Below, one piece after another: positions 14,523 to 28,366 of a stretch of DNA of 64,000 bases; position 1 is the stretch's first letter, and each line of letters starts with the position of its first letter. Both the position numbers and the translations under genes were made by a program. The notes beneath the pieces are model-generated. The model was not told the origin of the DNA and did not search any database. It worked only from the letters and a program-made list of their open reading frames with translations. Origin of the DNA: Adineta steineri (taxonomy: Eukaryota); the NCBI GenBank assembly GCA_905250115.1, contig CAJNOI010000010.1, positions 327,403 to 391,402 on the forward strand. The letters are read 5' to 3'.

Positions 14523-15482
14523 TCAATAACAGATTCGCCGTTGCCAAGTTTTCAATGATTCTTTTAGTGTTTTTAGGTACAATTCCGATGGAACGACAAA
14601 TACAACGAAAACAAGTATTGAAGGAGTAAATGAAATGAAATAAGCAAGAAGATATAACCAAGGTTTATCAGATACCTTCACACATCCAGATAATAATGAA
14701 ATGATCAAACGTGGCATTGATAGAACAAGTAGAATTGCTGGACTAATCACTAATTGTTTATGTTCACGTAATTGTTCACGAATATGTGCAATATAATTCT
14801 GATTCGTCTGAGCTAATGACCGTTGTCGAGCAGTTCCGAAAATAATGAATAAAGCAGAAAAGAGATTAGCAATAAATGGACCAATTAGATGAATGAAAAG
14901 AATAGCTGTATTGTAATCTTGTACAGCAGAAGAATAATTAATGACACACCATCTATGTATTTCTATTATTTTCGTGTCACCAAATGTGTCTTTTTCTTGT
15001 ACTGGATATTCGAAGATATTGCGATGTAAAGGTTCGTGAATGATTGTAGCAATGATACAAAATGGTAAAATAAATATAATCCATCGAGCCAGACGTTTAC
15101 TCTTTTCTTTATTAAAACTAATACCTTGATAAACATTAATTGCTCGTTCAATAGCAACACAAGCATTAAGCCATGTATCAAAGTAAAGAAAAAGTTTCAG
15201 GATAGGTTCAATAGAAATACATCCACCTCGACGAACAGATAAATTAATTGATGAATTCGTTTGAGTGAGAAGAATAAACCAGAAATTGATTGTAAACATA
15301 GAAATTGTGAGAAAAGAAGTTATTGAAGATGCTAAAAGATACATTCCACATCCAACTTTTCTTAAATTTTCATTTTGAAATGTTAAAAGTGATAAAATAC
15401 TATTGATTAAACCCAAAAGAAACATAATCATTGTTAAAGCAACACTTATTTTCACTAATAATGATTGATTCTTCAATGTCAT
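14523..15482 (-). CDS. Rhodopsin-like 7TM receptor (orphan GPCR), single exon
   Basis: 319-aa ORF with seven hydrophobic segments, an ERA(I) motif at the TM3 end and a W in TM4, with no introns. It lies between hairpin #2 and an AT-rich intergenic stretch. Confidence 0.55.
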   Translation of the reverse strand: MTLKNQSLLVKISVALTMIMFLLGLINSILSLLTFQNENLRKVGCGMYLLASSITSFLTISMFTINFWFILLTQTNSSINLSVRRGGCISIEPILKLFLYFDTWLNACVAIERAINVYQGISFNKEKSKRLARWIIFILPFCIIATIIHEPLHRNIFEYPVQEKDTFGDTKIIEIHRWCVINYSSAVQDYNTAILFIHLIGPFIANLFSALFIIFGTARQRSLAQTNQNYIAHIREQLREHKQLVISPAILLVLSMPRLIISLLSGCVKVSDKPWLYLLAYFISFTPSILVFVVFVVPSELYLKTLKESLKTWQRRICY

Positions 15483-17369
15483 ATTTTTCTTAATTTCATA
15501 ACGTAAAATGTCATCAAGAGTTATACCAATACCTTTGGTTTGACTATTACATGAACCACCAATAATACATTTATCAGGATTTACTAAGAAAATAAAACAA
15601 AGATTTGAACTTTGATCGACTAAAGCTAACTATTTTATCCGATACGTAAAAACAAGTTTGATAAAGATATTTAGACCATTTATAATTTGAAATTCATGAA
15701 AGTAGATCTTTGATCAGCTATTAGATAATATATGAAATATCAAGTAAAACTCTTTTAGAATAAGACAATTTTCATCATTAATGTGCTTTTTGTATATCAA
15801 AGATCTCTAACAAATCATTCATTCTTCAATTTGAAGAAAACATTTGTCAATTTTCGGTACTAAGTAATAAAATTTAACATCGTACTGAATACTGAGAAAG
15901 TCAATACTTTTTTATTAAGTGTATTTTTACAAGATATATATCATCTAGTGATTATAACAATTAAAAAACATCGATCAATAGATATTCAGCCTAACATTAC
16001 ATCAATATTTTAGAGATGCTGAAAGTCATTGAAGAATTCTTTGTCTTTGTTGAAAACTTTAACAAGTCAATAAACTAAACAAAGAATGAAACTTCGATAG
16101 TAAACTTACAGAAACGTTTTAATCGATGAGTATTTAGTGATTCTATATGGTGAAGCACTGTTTTCTTCTTTAGAACTCATGCGTTGAAGGATCGATTATC
16201 TATGTATATTTGCCATTTCCATCGACTTATCCTTATCTTGTGTTTTACTGTTGAGAATCAAAATAATTTCATTTTTTGATTAAGTTAATAAGAAATAATA
16301 GTAAAAGATTCATTTATTCTATACTATAATAGTGAAAGATGAATATAAAAACGAATGAAATTCTATGAAAAAATATCAACTTGTGGCGAAATACTTCTAT
16401 TCTTGGTTATATGTAGTTTTACGTATATTTTGATTAACACAATGGATAATCATTAATCACAAAGGTTATTTCATCAATGTTTTTGTATTAGCTATCCTTA
16501 TTAACTTGATATATCCTCGATAACAACAAATATAAATATACAGAATAACGAAGCTATATTCGAAACAACTCATAGTTAAATATTGTTTCGGATAGAGTCA
16601 ATATTATGACAATAAGATGAGCTGCAGATATATCATTGAGCGTATTAATCGATTCTCTCTCGAAGTTCACTGATAAAGAGATCTAATTCGAAGTGAATGC
16701 AGGACAGTTTGAAAAAAACAGCCTAAAACTAGAAATATAAATAACGAGATATTGTGTCTAACTACATCGAAAACAGTCACTGAAAATATTTTTCTCGAAG
16801 TCGATATTTTCACAATATATTTTTAACCATTTCTGCATTTGCATCATACTAATAGTATCAATGTCGAATCATTTGAGAAGTGTCTTTTCGAAGATTATTC
16901 CCTGACTTCTCAAAATATCTCTATAACAATATGATAGTGTAGAATAGAAAGTAAGTCTGTCTGTGCTTCTTGGATTGTACACTACTGTACCAACCATACT
17001 TTTCGATCAGAGAGCCTGCAGAGAATCAATTCATGTCAAAAAGTTAAGAAGATGTGTGAGTTTTGCCAAAATTTCAAGAAATTTTTACTAAAATGTTCAA
17101 GTTCTGATGATAAACTTAGATAAAAACCTGACTTTTGAGTTATTATTATTAGTTATTTGACAGAATACATAATGAAAACACTCTTTGTCGTCTAAACCTT
17201 ATAGCAAATGCATAGTCTAAGTGTTTTTTATTTGGCATCCTTCAGAAGATCATACAAAGACACTTTATGATAAAACTTTGCGCTTTCTGCACAATTTTAG
17301 TCCCTTTCCATCATATAAAATAATGAGGGAATATAGCACCAACTATGGCGAAAAAGTATGAATACTTAC

Positions 17370-20300
17370 TAATACGTTTGACACTGGCGTTCGCTGGTCC
17401 AGACACAATGATTGAAAATGATCCTGTCACATCTGGTTTGATTGTTGTCACAACTAATATGTATTTAACATTGACTACAAGATTGACGGCGAGTCGAAAA
17501 TTTTCAAGGATGCATCCCAAAATGTTTTTTGAGATTAAATTTACAGATGGATCGAATGGGTCGAAATTGCCCTTGTAGATATATCCGAATTTATAAATAC
17601 TAGATTTACTTGCAATTATATATAATCCATTGGTGACTACATCGATTTGTATAGTTTCATAGTAAAAGTTTTTTTTGTTACAGATACGAGAATACTTTTG
17701 ACTATTTGCTGTTAGCTTTGATGAATACACCGATTGAACAACTGATGAAGTATCTAGTTAACAAAAAACAGATTTATCAGTATTCTATTCGTAGTACATG
17801 TAGATGAATTTGAATACTTTTTCAATGTCGTTTTTTTCAAATATATATCTACAGAGTGAAGATTTGGGACAAAGATCTATCTAATACGTTCAGCAAGAAA
17901 ACAGAAGGAAATCATAACGATTATTTCATAATCATTTCGACAGAGAAAGTTGATTATATTGTTCCAATTTTGTTTATTTTAAGATAATTCATGAATATTG
18001 CAGTATTCATATTTCTGATGGAATAAATGCAGAAAATGTTAAAATTACGGTTTTATATTGAAATATAGTGAAGAAACTTTGATAAAAGATATTATCGATG
18101 GTTGCCTCATTGAAATTTCATCTTTTGAGAAGATGTGTAGAACTTAATCGAACTTTTAATAGAAAAGATTTCACTTTAAAATCAGATATTACATCCAATC
18201 AATTAATCTTTTAATTTTATAAGAAACAGTTTCTTTTAAACTTCAAGTAATTCCTACTGATCTCGCTGACATCTTATATCTGTTGATTGTAATCAATTTT
18301 GGGACTGAAAGTTCGTGTTGGATACTATAAAAGGATGGATGTGGTATGGAATCTGAAAAAATTTTACAAACTTCTAATAAAAACGAAAGCTGTTTCAGAT
18401 ATTTTGTTATTTAAGAAAGGCTCAAAAGATTTTCCGCTTTGTTCGAATAAACAAAATAAAATTTGAATTTTCTAAATATCATTTATGTGTAGTGTATTGA
18501 CACTGAATTTTGAACAATGATCCTTGTAAATATTAACCTCTAATTGTTTCGGTAGTGAGTTTTTGAAGATTTTTAGTGAATTCAGAAATCCGATTGAGTT
18601 TAACATACGTTTTTTGACTTTTCTCTTTTTGAGACTGACTTTTACTAATAGTATAAGTACTCACTTAGACGTTCGAGAGTTATGTTGCTGACACCAGATA
18701 CAATGATTGAGAATGATCCTGTCACGTTTGGATTCCTGGTTGTCACAATCAAGATGTATTTAGTACTGATCTCAAGGTAAACTGAGAAGCTGAACTGATT
18801 GTTAAGGCAGCTGTTGTCGTCTGTTGAGATCAAATTTTTTGATGTATCGGATGGATTGAAATCATCTCTGTACATAGTAATAAGTATATCGATACTGCTG
18901 TTGCTAGCAAAAGTATAATAGCCACTCTCATTTACATTTACTTGTATCGCTTCATAATAGGTTGAATGATCGCAGCCAGTATTCGAATACATTGGATGAT
19001 ATTCTGTGAATACTGATGAGTAAATCGAATGAACGACCGATGAAGTATCTATTCAATAAAAAACAATCAGATGAAAATTCGTAACATATTATTAAACTTA
19101 TACAAATTTTTATCTAGTTTTTTGTTCGAATATATGTACTTAAAGTGCATATTCCATGATGAAGCTGTAATAGTTATCTTGTATGACTTTTATGAATGAA
19201 AGGGTATGGGTGAGGGTGTGGTTGTTATTAGAGCGCTACACTCTCATCCACACCCTTCTTTCTCTTGATTAAAATTCTGTATTTTTGATATTTATTAACT
19301 CACAAATCTATGCGAAAATTTGTTACAAAAACAATAAATAAAATGATTTCTTTGTGTGAACGTATCGAATTAAAATGTATCAACAACGTTCAATATGTTT
19401 TATTTTGAAAATATTTAGGAAGAAAATATGTGCATATCTAAACAAATAATGTATTTTAATCGTCAATTTATATCATCGTAATGTTTTCTCAACATTTCCA
19501 AGGTATTATAAAAATGTCGTCTTAACGAATTTGTTTTTGTTACGATGTCATTAGCAAAGCATCTTGACACGGTTACAGATATTCTGAATAAATAAAAAAA
19601 TTTAGTCAGACGAATTTGTGCTTAGTTTAAATAAAAAATATTTCACTTGAAATATGTATTATTTCGGCGGAACAGAATCGCGAAAACTAACTTTGATTTT
19701 TCTCAATGAGATCAATCATTTTATGTAAAGGTCTGATATTATTCTCATATATCGCTTTCGAAGAGTAATGAAAACAGAATTCTGTTTATGATCTCTTGAT
19801 TATTTTCATGAAAGTCGGTTAAATCCTTATCTTTTTTCAAAAAGAATTTGTGTTGTCAACTGTGAAATATTTCATCATATCAACATTATGAAAAAAGTAC
19901 CTCTTTCGACTCTATTTCAACTATTTTCGTTCTTCTCAATATCAAAGATCAAATCTTACACTAGAGAAAAAGGCGAATATCTGTTTTTCGAGTATTTTAC
20001 AATGTTGAATGTTGTCTGATAACAGTTACTTAAGCTGAATTTCTTTCTTACAAGTATCACTATATGTAGCATTGAATAGAAGGCTCATCACACGAAGGAC
20101 TCTCATGCTTAATCACTTCAGTTCCGCATACATATTAACTAATTACATATGAGAGAGTTACAATAACTGATGCTTGTTACATTATAATCATTATACGAAT
20201 GTATCGATGATATGAGACAAACGATCGTTAATGATCTGTTCAAGATTATTTTATATCTGACCATATTAATACTCAAAGAGTATTTCAATAGCACATGTCG

Positions 20301-22443
20301 ATCATTTTTAACTCACTCATAAGACCTTTTTCTATCCGACAGATGAGGAACTCTAACTACCAGCACTAGGTGTATTTTCACTTTTGTAGATGCGATAGTG
20401 AACAACAACTGTGAATCTATGATAATATTACTGTTATTTATTTATACCCACGTAATCTCAATATTTGAAAAGTTTTCGGCAAAGAATAAAATATCGAGAA
20501 GTTACTGTTGTCAAGTTTTAATAAGTACATTTTTCCGTTCATGTCGTCCTCTTCGTTCAAGTATTTTTGTAAAAGAGGATATTTAGCATATGAAAATTCT
20601 ATTTTGAAACAGTGATCTTTGCCAATATTTTTTTCTATTCAACGCGGAACTTTTCAAGATTTCTGACGAATACAGAATTGATATTGAATATACGTAAATT
20701 TTCTACGCTTTGTACTTCTGCGCTGATGTTTATAAATAGTATAGACACTCACTTAGACGTTTGAAAGTGACATTATTGAAACCAGACACAATGATTGAGA
20801 ATGTTCCTGTTACATTTGGGCTATACGTTGTCACAACCAGTTTATTCGTAGTGGTGGACCGAAGAAAGGGTCTCATCGGAAACTGAAGTTCAACGAATCT
20901 CTTATCACTCTCCGGAATTAAATTTATATATGGACCAGATGGATAAAAATTTCCTGCGTATATGTAGCCTAATGTATCGTTAGTGCTGTTAATATTAAGA
21001 GTATAATAGCGACTTTCATTGACATTCATTTGTATGGCTTCATAATAGTAGTTTGGAACATCACAACCGGTAGGAGAATATGTTGGATGATTTTCTGTTA
21101 ATACAGATGAATACACTGATTGAACACTTGATGAATTATCTATTTAACAAAAACAAATCAATCAAAATTTATGAAATATTAAATAAATTTCAATGATTTT
21201 TATTATTTTTTTTCTTTTCGATATATCCTCCGGTGCGTGGCTGTTCGTATATAAATAATCATTATTATTTGCATACTGCTTTTACTGGTCAAAAAAACAG
21301 GTTACGTAATCATTCAACATTACCTATAATCGAGACTATCGGATACAATTTGTCTTTCTTCCTCATAGTAAAATATAATATAAATCTTGGTGTGGGCGTG
21401 AGTGTACTGGCTGGAATATGAATATGCTATTCACTAGTGGGTGCGGGTTCCTTCTTTGCTTACGTAAGCAGACATTCACACTCACACTCACACCCACACC
21501 CCACCCTCAAATGAATTTTTCTGTTATTGAATTATTTTAAACTTACCACAAGAACTTAATAAGAAATCAAATTTTTGAATGCGATGATTGGACTTATCAA
21601 TAATAAATACGTTTCCGTAACTATCGAAACTAGGACTCATTGGAAAGGATAATTGATGAGATTCCGATCCTACCCAATAACATCCAATTATACATCGAAT
21701 ATCATTTGGTCCTGATCGAATTATACGATGATTATGTTGATCGACAATAAAAAGATATTTATCAGCATCTAATACAATTCCAGATGGACATGTGAGTGAA
21801 ATAGTGTTATTTGATGATTCTTGTCCAACTATTGTTGTTCCATTTAATTCTCCAGATTTAAATAATTGTATTCGGTGATTACCACAATCTGCCACATATA
21901 AATCAAAGTCTAAATCAACAAAGATTCCCATAGGATCCTGAAGTTCATTTGAATCAGATCCTTGAATACCTGTTCCAGCTGCAGTTGTTAATATCATTTC
22001 ACTATCATTTAACCATCTTTTGATAACTTTATGATCATCATTCATTGAACAATATAAAGTATCATTAATATCGATAAAGATACCAAAACATGATGAATTA
22101 ACATTCATGACATTAACAAAAGTATCTGTATTTGATATCCATTTATCGACTCGACTATTCTCATAACCATTATCATAATAAATATCACCATTATTTGTAA
22201 CGAAGATAGAGAAAGATTCTCCTAGTTTATCAGGAGTAATTTTATTTGGACTGATACTATTGTTAATCCACGTTAAGATTTCTTTCTTGTCGTTATTAAC
22301 TGTATAAACTGTGTTGTTTGTATTGATAAAAAGAGAGGCAGTATCTTCCCCAAGTGTTGTTTCGTTAGCAAAAGTAATTCCATAAGGATTCCATTCTGCT
22401 GTTGGACAAAACTTTGGTTGATTGAATGAAAGTGCTAAAATGA
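17370..22443 (-). CDS. Secreted NHL-repeat protein gene. One ~920-nt NHL exon (21524-22443) is followed by three tandem paralogous exons: A 20753-21139, B 18665-19048, C 17370-17753
   Basis: NHL motifs are present: GNHRIQLF, HNHRIIRSG, SNHRIQKFD. An N-terminal hydrophobic leader LKLFILALSF sits at ~22440 (exact ATG not resolved). A ggtaag donor follows ...SSCG at ~21521. The three downstream exons are 387, 384 and 384 nt. Each begins after a ...tag acceptor with ATAmTTCATC and ends with CTAA|gtgagt or ATTA|gtaagt. All are phase 1-1 and are mutual paralogs sharing ...YYEAIQ.NVNES.YY...NLI...TT..P.VTGSFSIIVSG..N.T.KRL. The 3' terminal exon was not found. Confidence 0.6.
19198..19256. repeat. 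Telomere-repeat foldback hairpin #3 (gggtatgggtgagggtgtgg...acactctcatccacaccc)
   Basis: An inverted degenerate TGTGGG repeat. It lies in the intron between paralogous exons A and B. Confidence 0.7.
21386..21510. repeat. Telomere-repeat foldback hairpin #4 (~125 bp; cttggtgtgggcgtgagtg...cacactcacactcacacccacaccccaccctcaaatg). The loop holds an inner palindrome ttgcttacgtaagca
   Basis: An inverted repeat. It sits inside the first intron of the NHL gene, between the donor at ~21521 and the acceptor at ~21140. Confidence 0.8.
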
Positions 22444-23012
22444 AAAGTTTCAGATAAAAATTTTCTCCAAATAATTTGCCTCTTCAAACACATATTGTTC
22501 GTTAAATGTTCCTTTTATTTAAAATAATTCATTTACAAAACATTGTCAGTTTGACTTAGACATCAAAATAATTAATATTTTAGAAAAAATTTGATTTCAT
22601 CAAACAAAAAATTCTCATTTGACAGCTTTATAGAATATTTTGTTACATTTTCTATTTTCATCTTTGTTAAATCGAATCAATTGCTCATCTATTAGAAAAA
22701 TTCAAGAGAATAACGTTTGATTATTCTCTTGGAAATCAATCATTAATTAATATAAATCTTAAAGCTAATTTTACAATGAGTTTATGAATAAAATACACTC
22801 TTCTCATTTAACATCAAAATATGCACATCATGAATTCTATTAGATGTTTCTAGTTTTCCTCTCCTTAAACGTTTTACAACTATATTCTTATTGTTGTACC
22901 TTTATCAATATACTTCAATGTCTAATCATCTATACTTCTATACTTGTCACACTAACTTTAATCTAAATCTATATTTGTGTATCTCTATACTAATCACTAT
23001 GATCTTTTTAAA

Positions 23013-23066
23013 GAGAATGGGTGTGGGTACGAATAAAATAGAATACTCACACCCACACCTTCAAAT
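23013..23066. repeat. Telomere-repeat foldback hairpin #5 (gaatgggtgtgggtacg...actcacacccacaccttcaa)
   Basis: An inverted repeat read from the sequence. Confidence 0.8.
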
Positions 23067-25941
23067 TATGTTACTTACTAATAGATATAAGGCTTTTATA
23101 TACAAACTTAATATAATTCTTATCATTATTTATTCTATTCAGCGCTTATTAATACATTTATCAAGCGAAGTTTTATTGTATAACAAAACACGATTTCATT
23201 AAATATCTTTCAAACTCATAGGTGAACCACATTTCTTCTTATTATTCTTTGCTTACTTATGTCTTTAATTAGCACATTTGATGTATCTTAAAACAATCTA
23301 AACGACTATTTCGTAGAAAGTAAGTTATAACTAGATTTTACTTATCACTAGATACTATTGAATGCAAATTTCGAAAAATCATATCAAACTATCAGAGAGA
23401 TTAGAGCTATAATTCGAGTCTAATCGACAGACTATCTCGATGTAAACAAAATGCTTCATTTGATGAAATTTTACTGATCGAATGGATTCTTCTCAATCAT
23501 ATTTATTCAATAGTTTTTATGAAAATCTAAGAACAGATCAATTAACTCTCTTAAGTCTAATTCATATCATTTTAAGTTAAAAAAACAATAATCATTACCT
23601 GATATTTCATTAATCATAACCAACAACAACATGATGAAAATGTTGAAAATGTTCTTCGTCATCATATCAAACAACATTTTTTGTTTAATATTTACCAATG
23701 ATCAAGAAAACTGAAACTGTTGTAATCAAATAGACAACTAATATTCTTGTTGGAGAAAAACAAGTGAAACTATTTCTTCATTTCTTTATTATTTATATCT
23801 CTTTTTTTTCTCTTCTCATGATCAACAACATCATCTAGAGAAACAATGACATATTTCGAGAGACGATTCTTTATTGATAATTTTGATTATTATTGCTTAG
23901 ATTTAATTAATAACTCGTCACATGATTTTATTTTGAATCTGATGGGATTTTACTTTGAAATAGAAAGCATCATTATAAATTCAGTTATTTAACAATGAAT
24001 TTCATTTGAAAATATCTTTTTTTTTTTAGATAAAAGACGTGATAAAAAAAGAATAATTCTAGCTAGACATTGTGTTGATATTCAGACGTGATTAAAATCA
24101 AAATCAAATATCAATTTCCATGATAAATATATGATTAACATCAGTCAAATATATTATCTAAATAATTCATTTAGTCAGGACTTTATTTTATCACGTTCTT
24201 TTATGTTGTTTTTATTCGATGAACGCCATCAACTTGTTACCTAGATGAGATGTTTTTAAATAATATCTATTCTTTCTGATTAAATATGAATAAAAGAGTT
24301 TTTCAAATTTTATTTGTTACATTAATATTGGAAAAAGATGCAAATAATCTCCAGTAGATATTTAAGAATGATTGTATACGTATTAGAGATGTTTAGTCAT
24401 CATAATGAAAGATGTTGTGTTTTTTTGCAAGAATTGTTAAAATAAATCAACTAATATATTCAATAGTTTAATACTAATGAATAATGTTCAAAATGTAATT
24501 AATATCTATAATATTTACATATAATAGAAGAAGAATATATCAATCGACAAATAAAAGCATTATTTTTTTTAACTAAAAGTCATGAATAAATATTCTTTTT
24601 CTATTTGATTGTTTCAGTGTGAGAAGAACAACATTCTTCTGTTAAATAATAGATGATCATATTAGTTTCATAGTGCATTGGTACAAGTATTCAAACGTTA
24701 TCCGATTAGCATTGAGTATCATAGAACTCTAATCAAGTCAGTATTGATTAAATACAAACTGTATTTCTCGTTTAAACCAAAGTTGATAATTGATTTATTC
24801 TATTGAAATCATCTAACATGAAAAAATAGAATAGTAAAATCTAGTCATATGCTTTTCAAAGTACTCTTTCATTAATTGTTGTTTTTCATTATCTGGAATT
24901 TTTTTATAAAAAGAGAACATATTTACAATATCTATTTTTACTGACTAGAAGTATTACTTTATCTTTTTTTTTATAAAGAATAAAGATAATCTTTATCCTT
25001 ATAAAATAAAGATAAACTTCTTCTTTATTTTCTTAGAGTACCTCACAAAAAATTATGATACTATGTAGCTAACTAGAATATGGAATAGCATTTTTCGTAT
25101 ATAATATGTCTTGTATGATCTTTTTTTTTATGATACGGCATATGGAAACGATGATGATGATGATAATAAAGAACCTTAATAAACGTATGCTGTTGTTAAA
25201 TAGGGTATTTGCATACGTACTTATTGCATGAAAAAGTATATTTTTATTCTTTATTTTAACTTTATTATTATTTATGAAGTAAAGATAAAGTAACATTACT
25301 ATTACTGACAGAAGAATAGTAAATAAAAAGAAGTTCAGACGAGATATATCCTTCTCATAAACAGACGAGTATTGGATTTTCCCTTTGTACATCAAAAACT
25401 AAACGAACGAAATTCAATTGACTGTATGTCCTTTATATATTGATATAATTGTAAAATACAGTGACATGTGAAATATATAAAATATTTTATTATTATTATT
25501 ATTTAGGTCTGCACCGGTAACAATTAATCGGGTGTCAGTAGCACTAGATAAATATTTGAGTTAACTTGAATATAGGTGTCTGACTCCAACTTGATTTTGC
25601 GTATCAATGGACATGAAATAAATAGTATATCTACGCTCAACTCAACAGTCATAAACCCATATATAAGATAAGCTAAATATATATCATCTATTCAGAATTT
25701 TTACTTATTTACGTTTATGGATTTAGAATAAATAAAGATTGATCTAAAGCTATAAAAAATTAATTATAGTTCTTCAAAATCTCATTGCGTGACACATAAG
25801 ATATCAATCATTCATTCAATTATATCTTTATTTAATTAAAAAAATTGTAACATAAAACACAAATATATTCTTATTTTTCTATAAACTGAAAGTTCATACT
25901 ACATTGAAATATGTATGTATAAAATATTCAAACATTATTAA

Positions 25942-27293
25942 TTATTTTTGATAAATGTCTATAGTTTTTGTTTGATTTATAGGTGAAAGTAAATATTGTT
26001 CATTATTATTTGTTTCACTCATTTTTATTGATTTAGTTGACTTTTGATTCGATTTACAAGTAATCAGTTGGATAAAACCATTTCGAAATGTAGTTGATAT
26101 TGTAAGATGAATATAAAACTTATTAGAATAAGTAATTGATGAGAGTGTTAAAAACAAATTAGGCAAAATTCTATAAAACTTCCATCGTATTGAACAGTAC
26201 ATAGTATTATAAAAGAATCGATCATGTACAATATAGATTTCTAAAATACATCCAGGTAATATAGATAAAAATAAACCAAGTGAAAACACGAAAAGTAATA
26301 TTGAATGTCTGTGCATACGACGAGCATTTGCACTGAAATTATTTTTATACATTCGTTTATGTTTACATCGATTATGTAATAAAATGGCTGAACATATACA
26401 TACAATTAATGATGGAATACCTACAAGAAGTATTGCATGTATAAATGACCATCGACGTATTCTTCGATAATAAAGAGATGGATTAAAATCACAAAGAAAA
26501 AGTGTGACTCGTGGTTCGTAATAAAAATAAAAATGATGAGGAATTGATAGTAAAATAATTATAAAAGTAACTAATACAATACGTAATATAACATGAGATC
26601 GTGTAACTATTGAACGATAACGAGTTGGATAAATAATTATTATACTTTGATCAATAAAATATGATGCTAAATAAAGATGTGATAATGTTGTTGAACCAAT
26701 TATAATACTATAAAAAATTCCACATGATATTATTTCTCGAGGATCAGTTTTAATAAGTGACATCCTTACACACCATAACCAAAATAAACCTATTAGAATA
26801 GAAATCAGATTACTATTAAATTAATTATGATTTTCTAACTTAAATATCATCCAATCAAAAAAATTCATTATAATGAGAATTCTTTTTTTTGTTTGTAAAT
26901 GTCGACTTATTCTTTAACTAGACTAATTACAATTTCAAACTTGAGATCTTCTATCTAAGACAAAAACTCATGCAAACCTAGAAGAAAGACTATTTCAACT
27001 ACTGAAATAGCAATAGAATACAATGAAGTTGGTTCTTTTCGACTAGTTTTATTCAATGAAATAATTATTTGTAAAATATGACCAGGTATACCAAATAAAA
27101 CACCAATAAAACCAACTACATGCCATATACTATTGGATATATGAAATAATCTATCATAAGTAACATTACTAACACACATTTCTAATGTTGTATTATTATT
27201 ATTTATCATCATTTTATTGATTAATACTATATGATAAGAAATGTCACAATGGAAATCAAAGAAAATAAGAATGTATTTGCATACGTTAGTCAA
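25942..27293 (-). CDS. Rhodopsin-like 7TM receptor, 2 exons (exon 1 ~26955-27293, exon 2 25942-~26795)
   Basis: Exon 1 encodes the N-terminus with N-glycosylation sites plus TM1-2. Exon 2 encodes TM3 through a PTRYRS (DRY-like) motif, then TM4-7. A candidate gtttgc donor and a ctaatag acceptor keep the frame (…IVFLLG|LFWLWCVRMSLIK…). Confidence 0.5.
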
Positions 27294-27785
27294 TGTAAAT
27301 TATATAAAGATAGTAGCGGAAAAACGAGACTATAAAGAAAAATAAGTTTTTTTTTTCTGTCTTGGTAATATGAAGTACATTTATAAGAAGAGATTTCTCG
27401 ATGATTATTTCACATGAATTAACTTGAAGAAAAGAAAACGAGAATTTTTTTGTTATTTCTGTCATGAATCAACAATTAGTTAAATATAGAATAAAATACT
27501 TACCATTTTCTTCACAATATATAAACTAATACATTGATACCAAAACTAATTGTCTGAGGGACATTGGCATGTTTTTGATATGGAGTTAAATATATACATT
27601 ACACTTAAACACGATAAGAAAAATTAATGATCAAGATATATCTGTTGAATGACTTACGCACAGGGCCAACTTCAATTAATAATAAGAGAATTAAAAATAT
27701 AATGAGAGTAATTATGGCACAATTTACTAAAAATAAAATTAACTATAATCGACATACACAGCGTCCTTGCGATTTACCATGAATA

Positions 27786-27840
27786 CGTGGGTGTGGGTCA
27801 GGATGTGACTAAATAATGATAAACACCCACACTCTCAAGA
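27786..27840. repeat. Telomere-repeat foldback hairpin #6 (cgtgggtgtgggtcagg...aacacccacactctcaaga)
   Basis: An inverted repeat read from the sequence. Confidence 0.8.
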
Positions 27841-28366
27841 TAGTATTACAATCATAGGTTTAATAAATGAATGAATAAGAAGAAAAAAACATTGAATAAG
27901 TAATTTGAGTTATTTATGTGTAATTTAAATATTTATTTAATATCATTTTTCGTCTGTGTTTTTTTTAAGAAGCACGTTTCATTAAATTCGTTAAATAGGA
28001 ATATATCCAATAAAGTAAAGTGATTCATATTTTAAAATGTTTTCTATTGAAAAGGAAGTGTTTGGGGATAAATCTTTTATCAAACAGATTATTCAGTATT
28101 ATGGCATGATTAAAGGGAATCTCACCATTGTTTGGATTTTACACAGATTTGTCCAAAGTCTCTAATTACCGTTGTTTATTTCCAAAATCGAAATATTCTT
28201 GAATATAAACTATGTTACACGCCGAAACATTAAAAATTTTATCAACTGTTACATACGTACTGCAGTATTCAATTACAAGTAACTATCCGATCGATTTTGT
28301 ATAACATTTAGGTAAGCATTTTTTTACAGTATTCAAAATAGAGATAACAAGGATACTGCCACCGAT

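Noticed and set aside
22891-23202. ORF 22891-23202
   Set aside because: It spans hairpin #5 and AT-rich sequence and has no homology or coding features.
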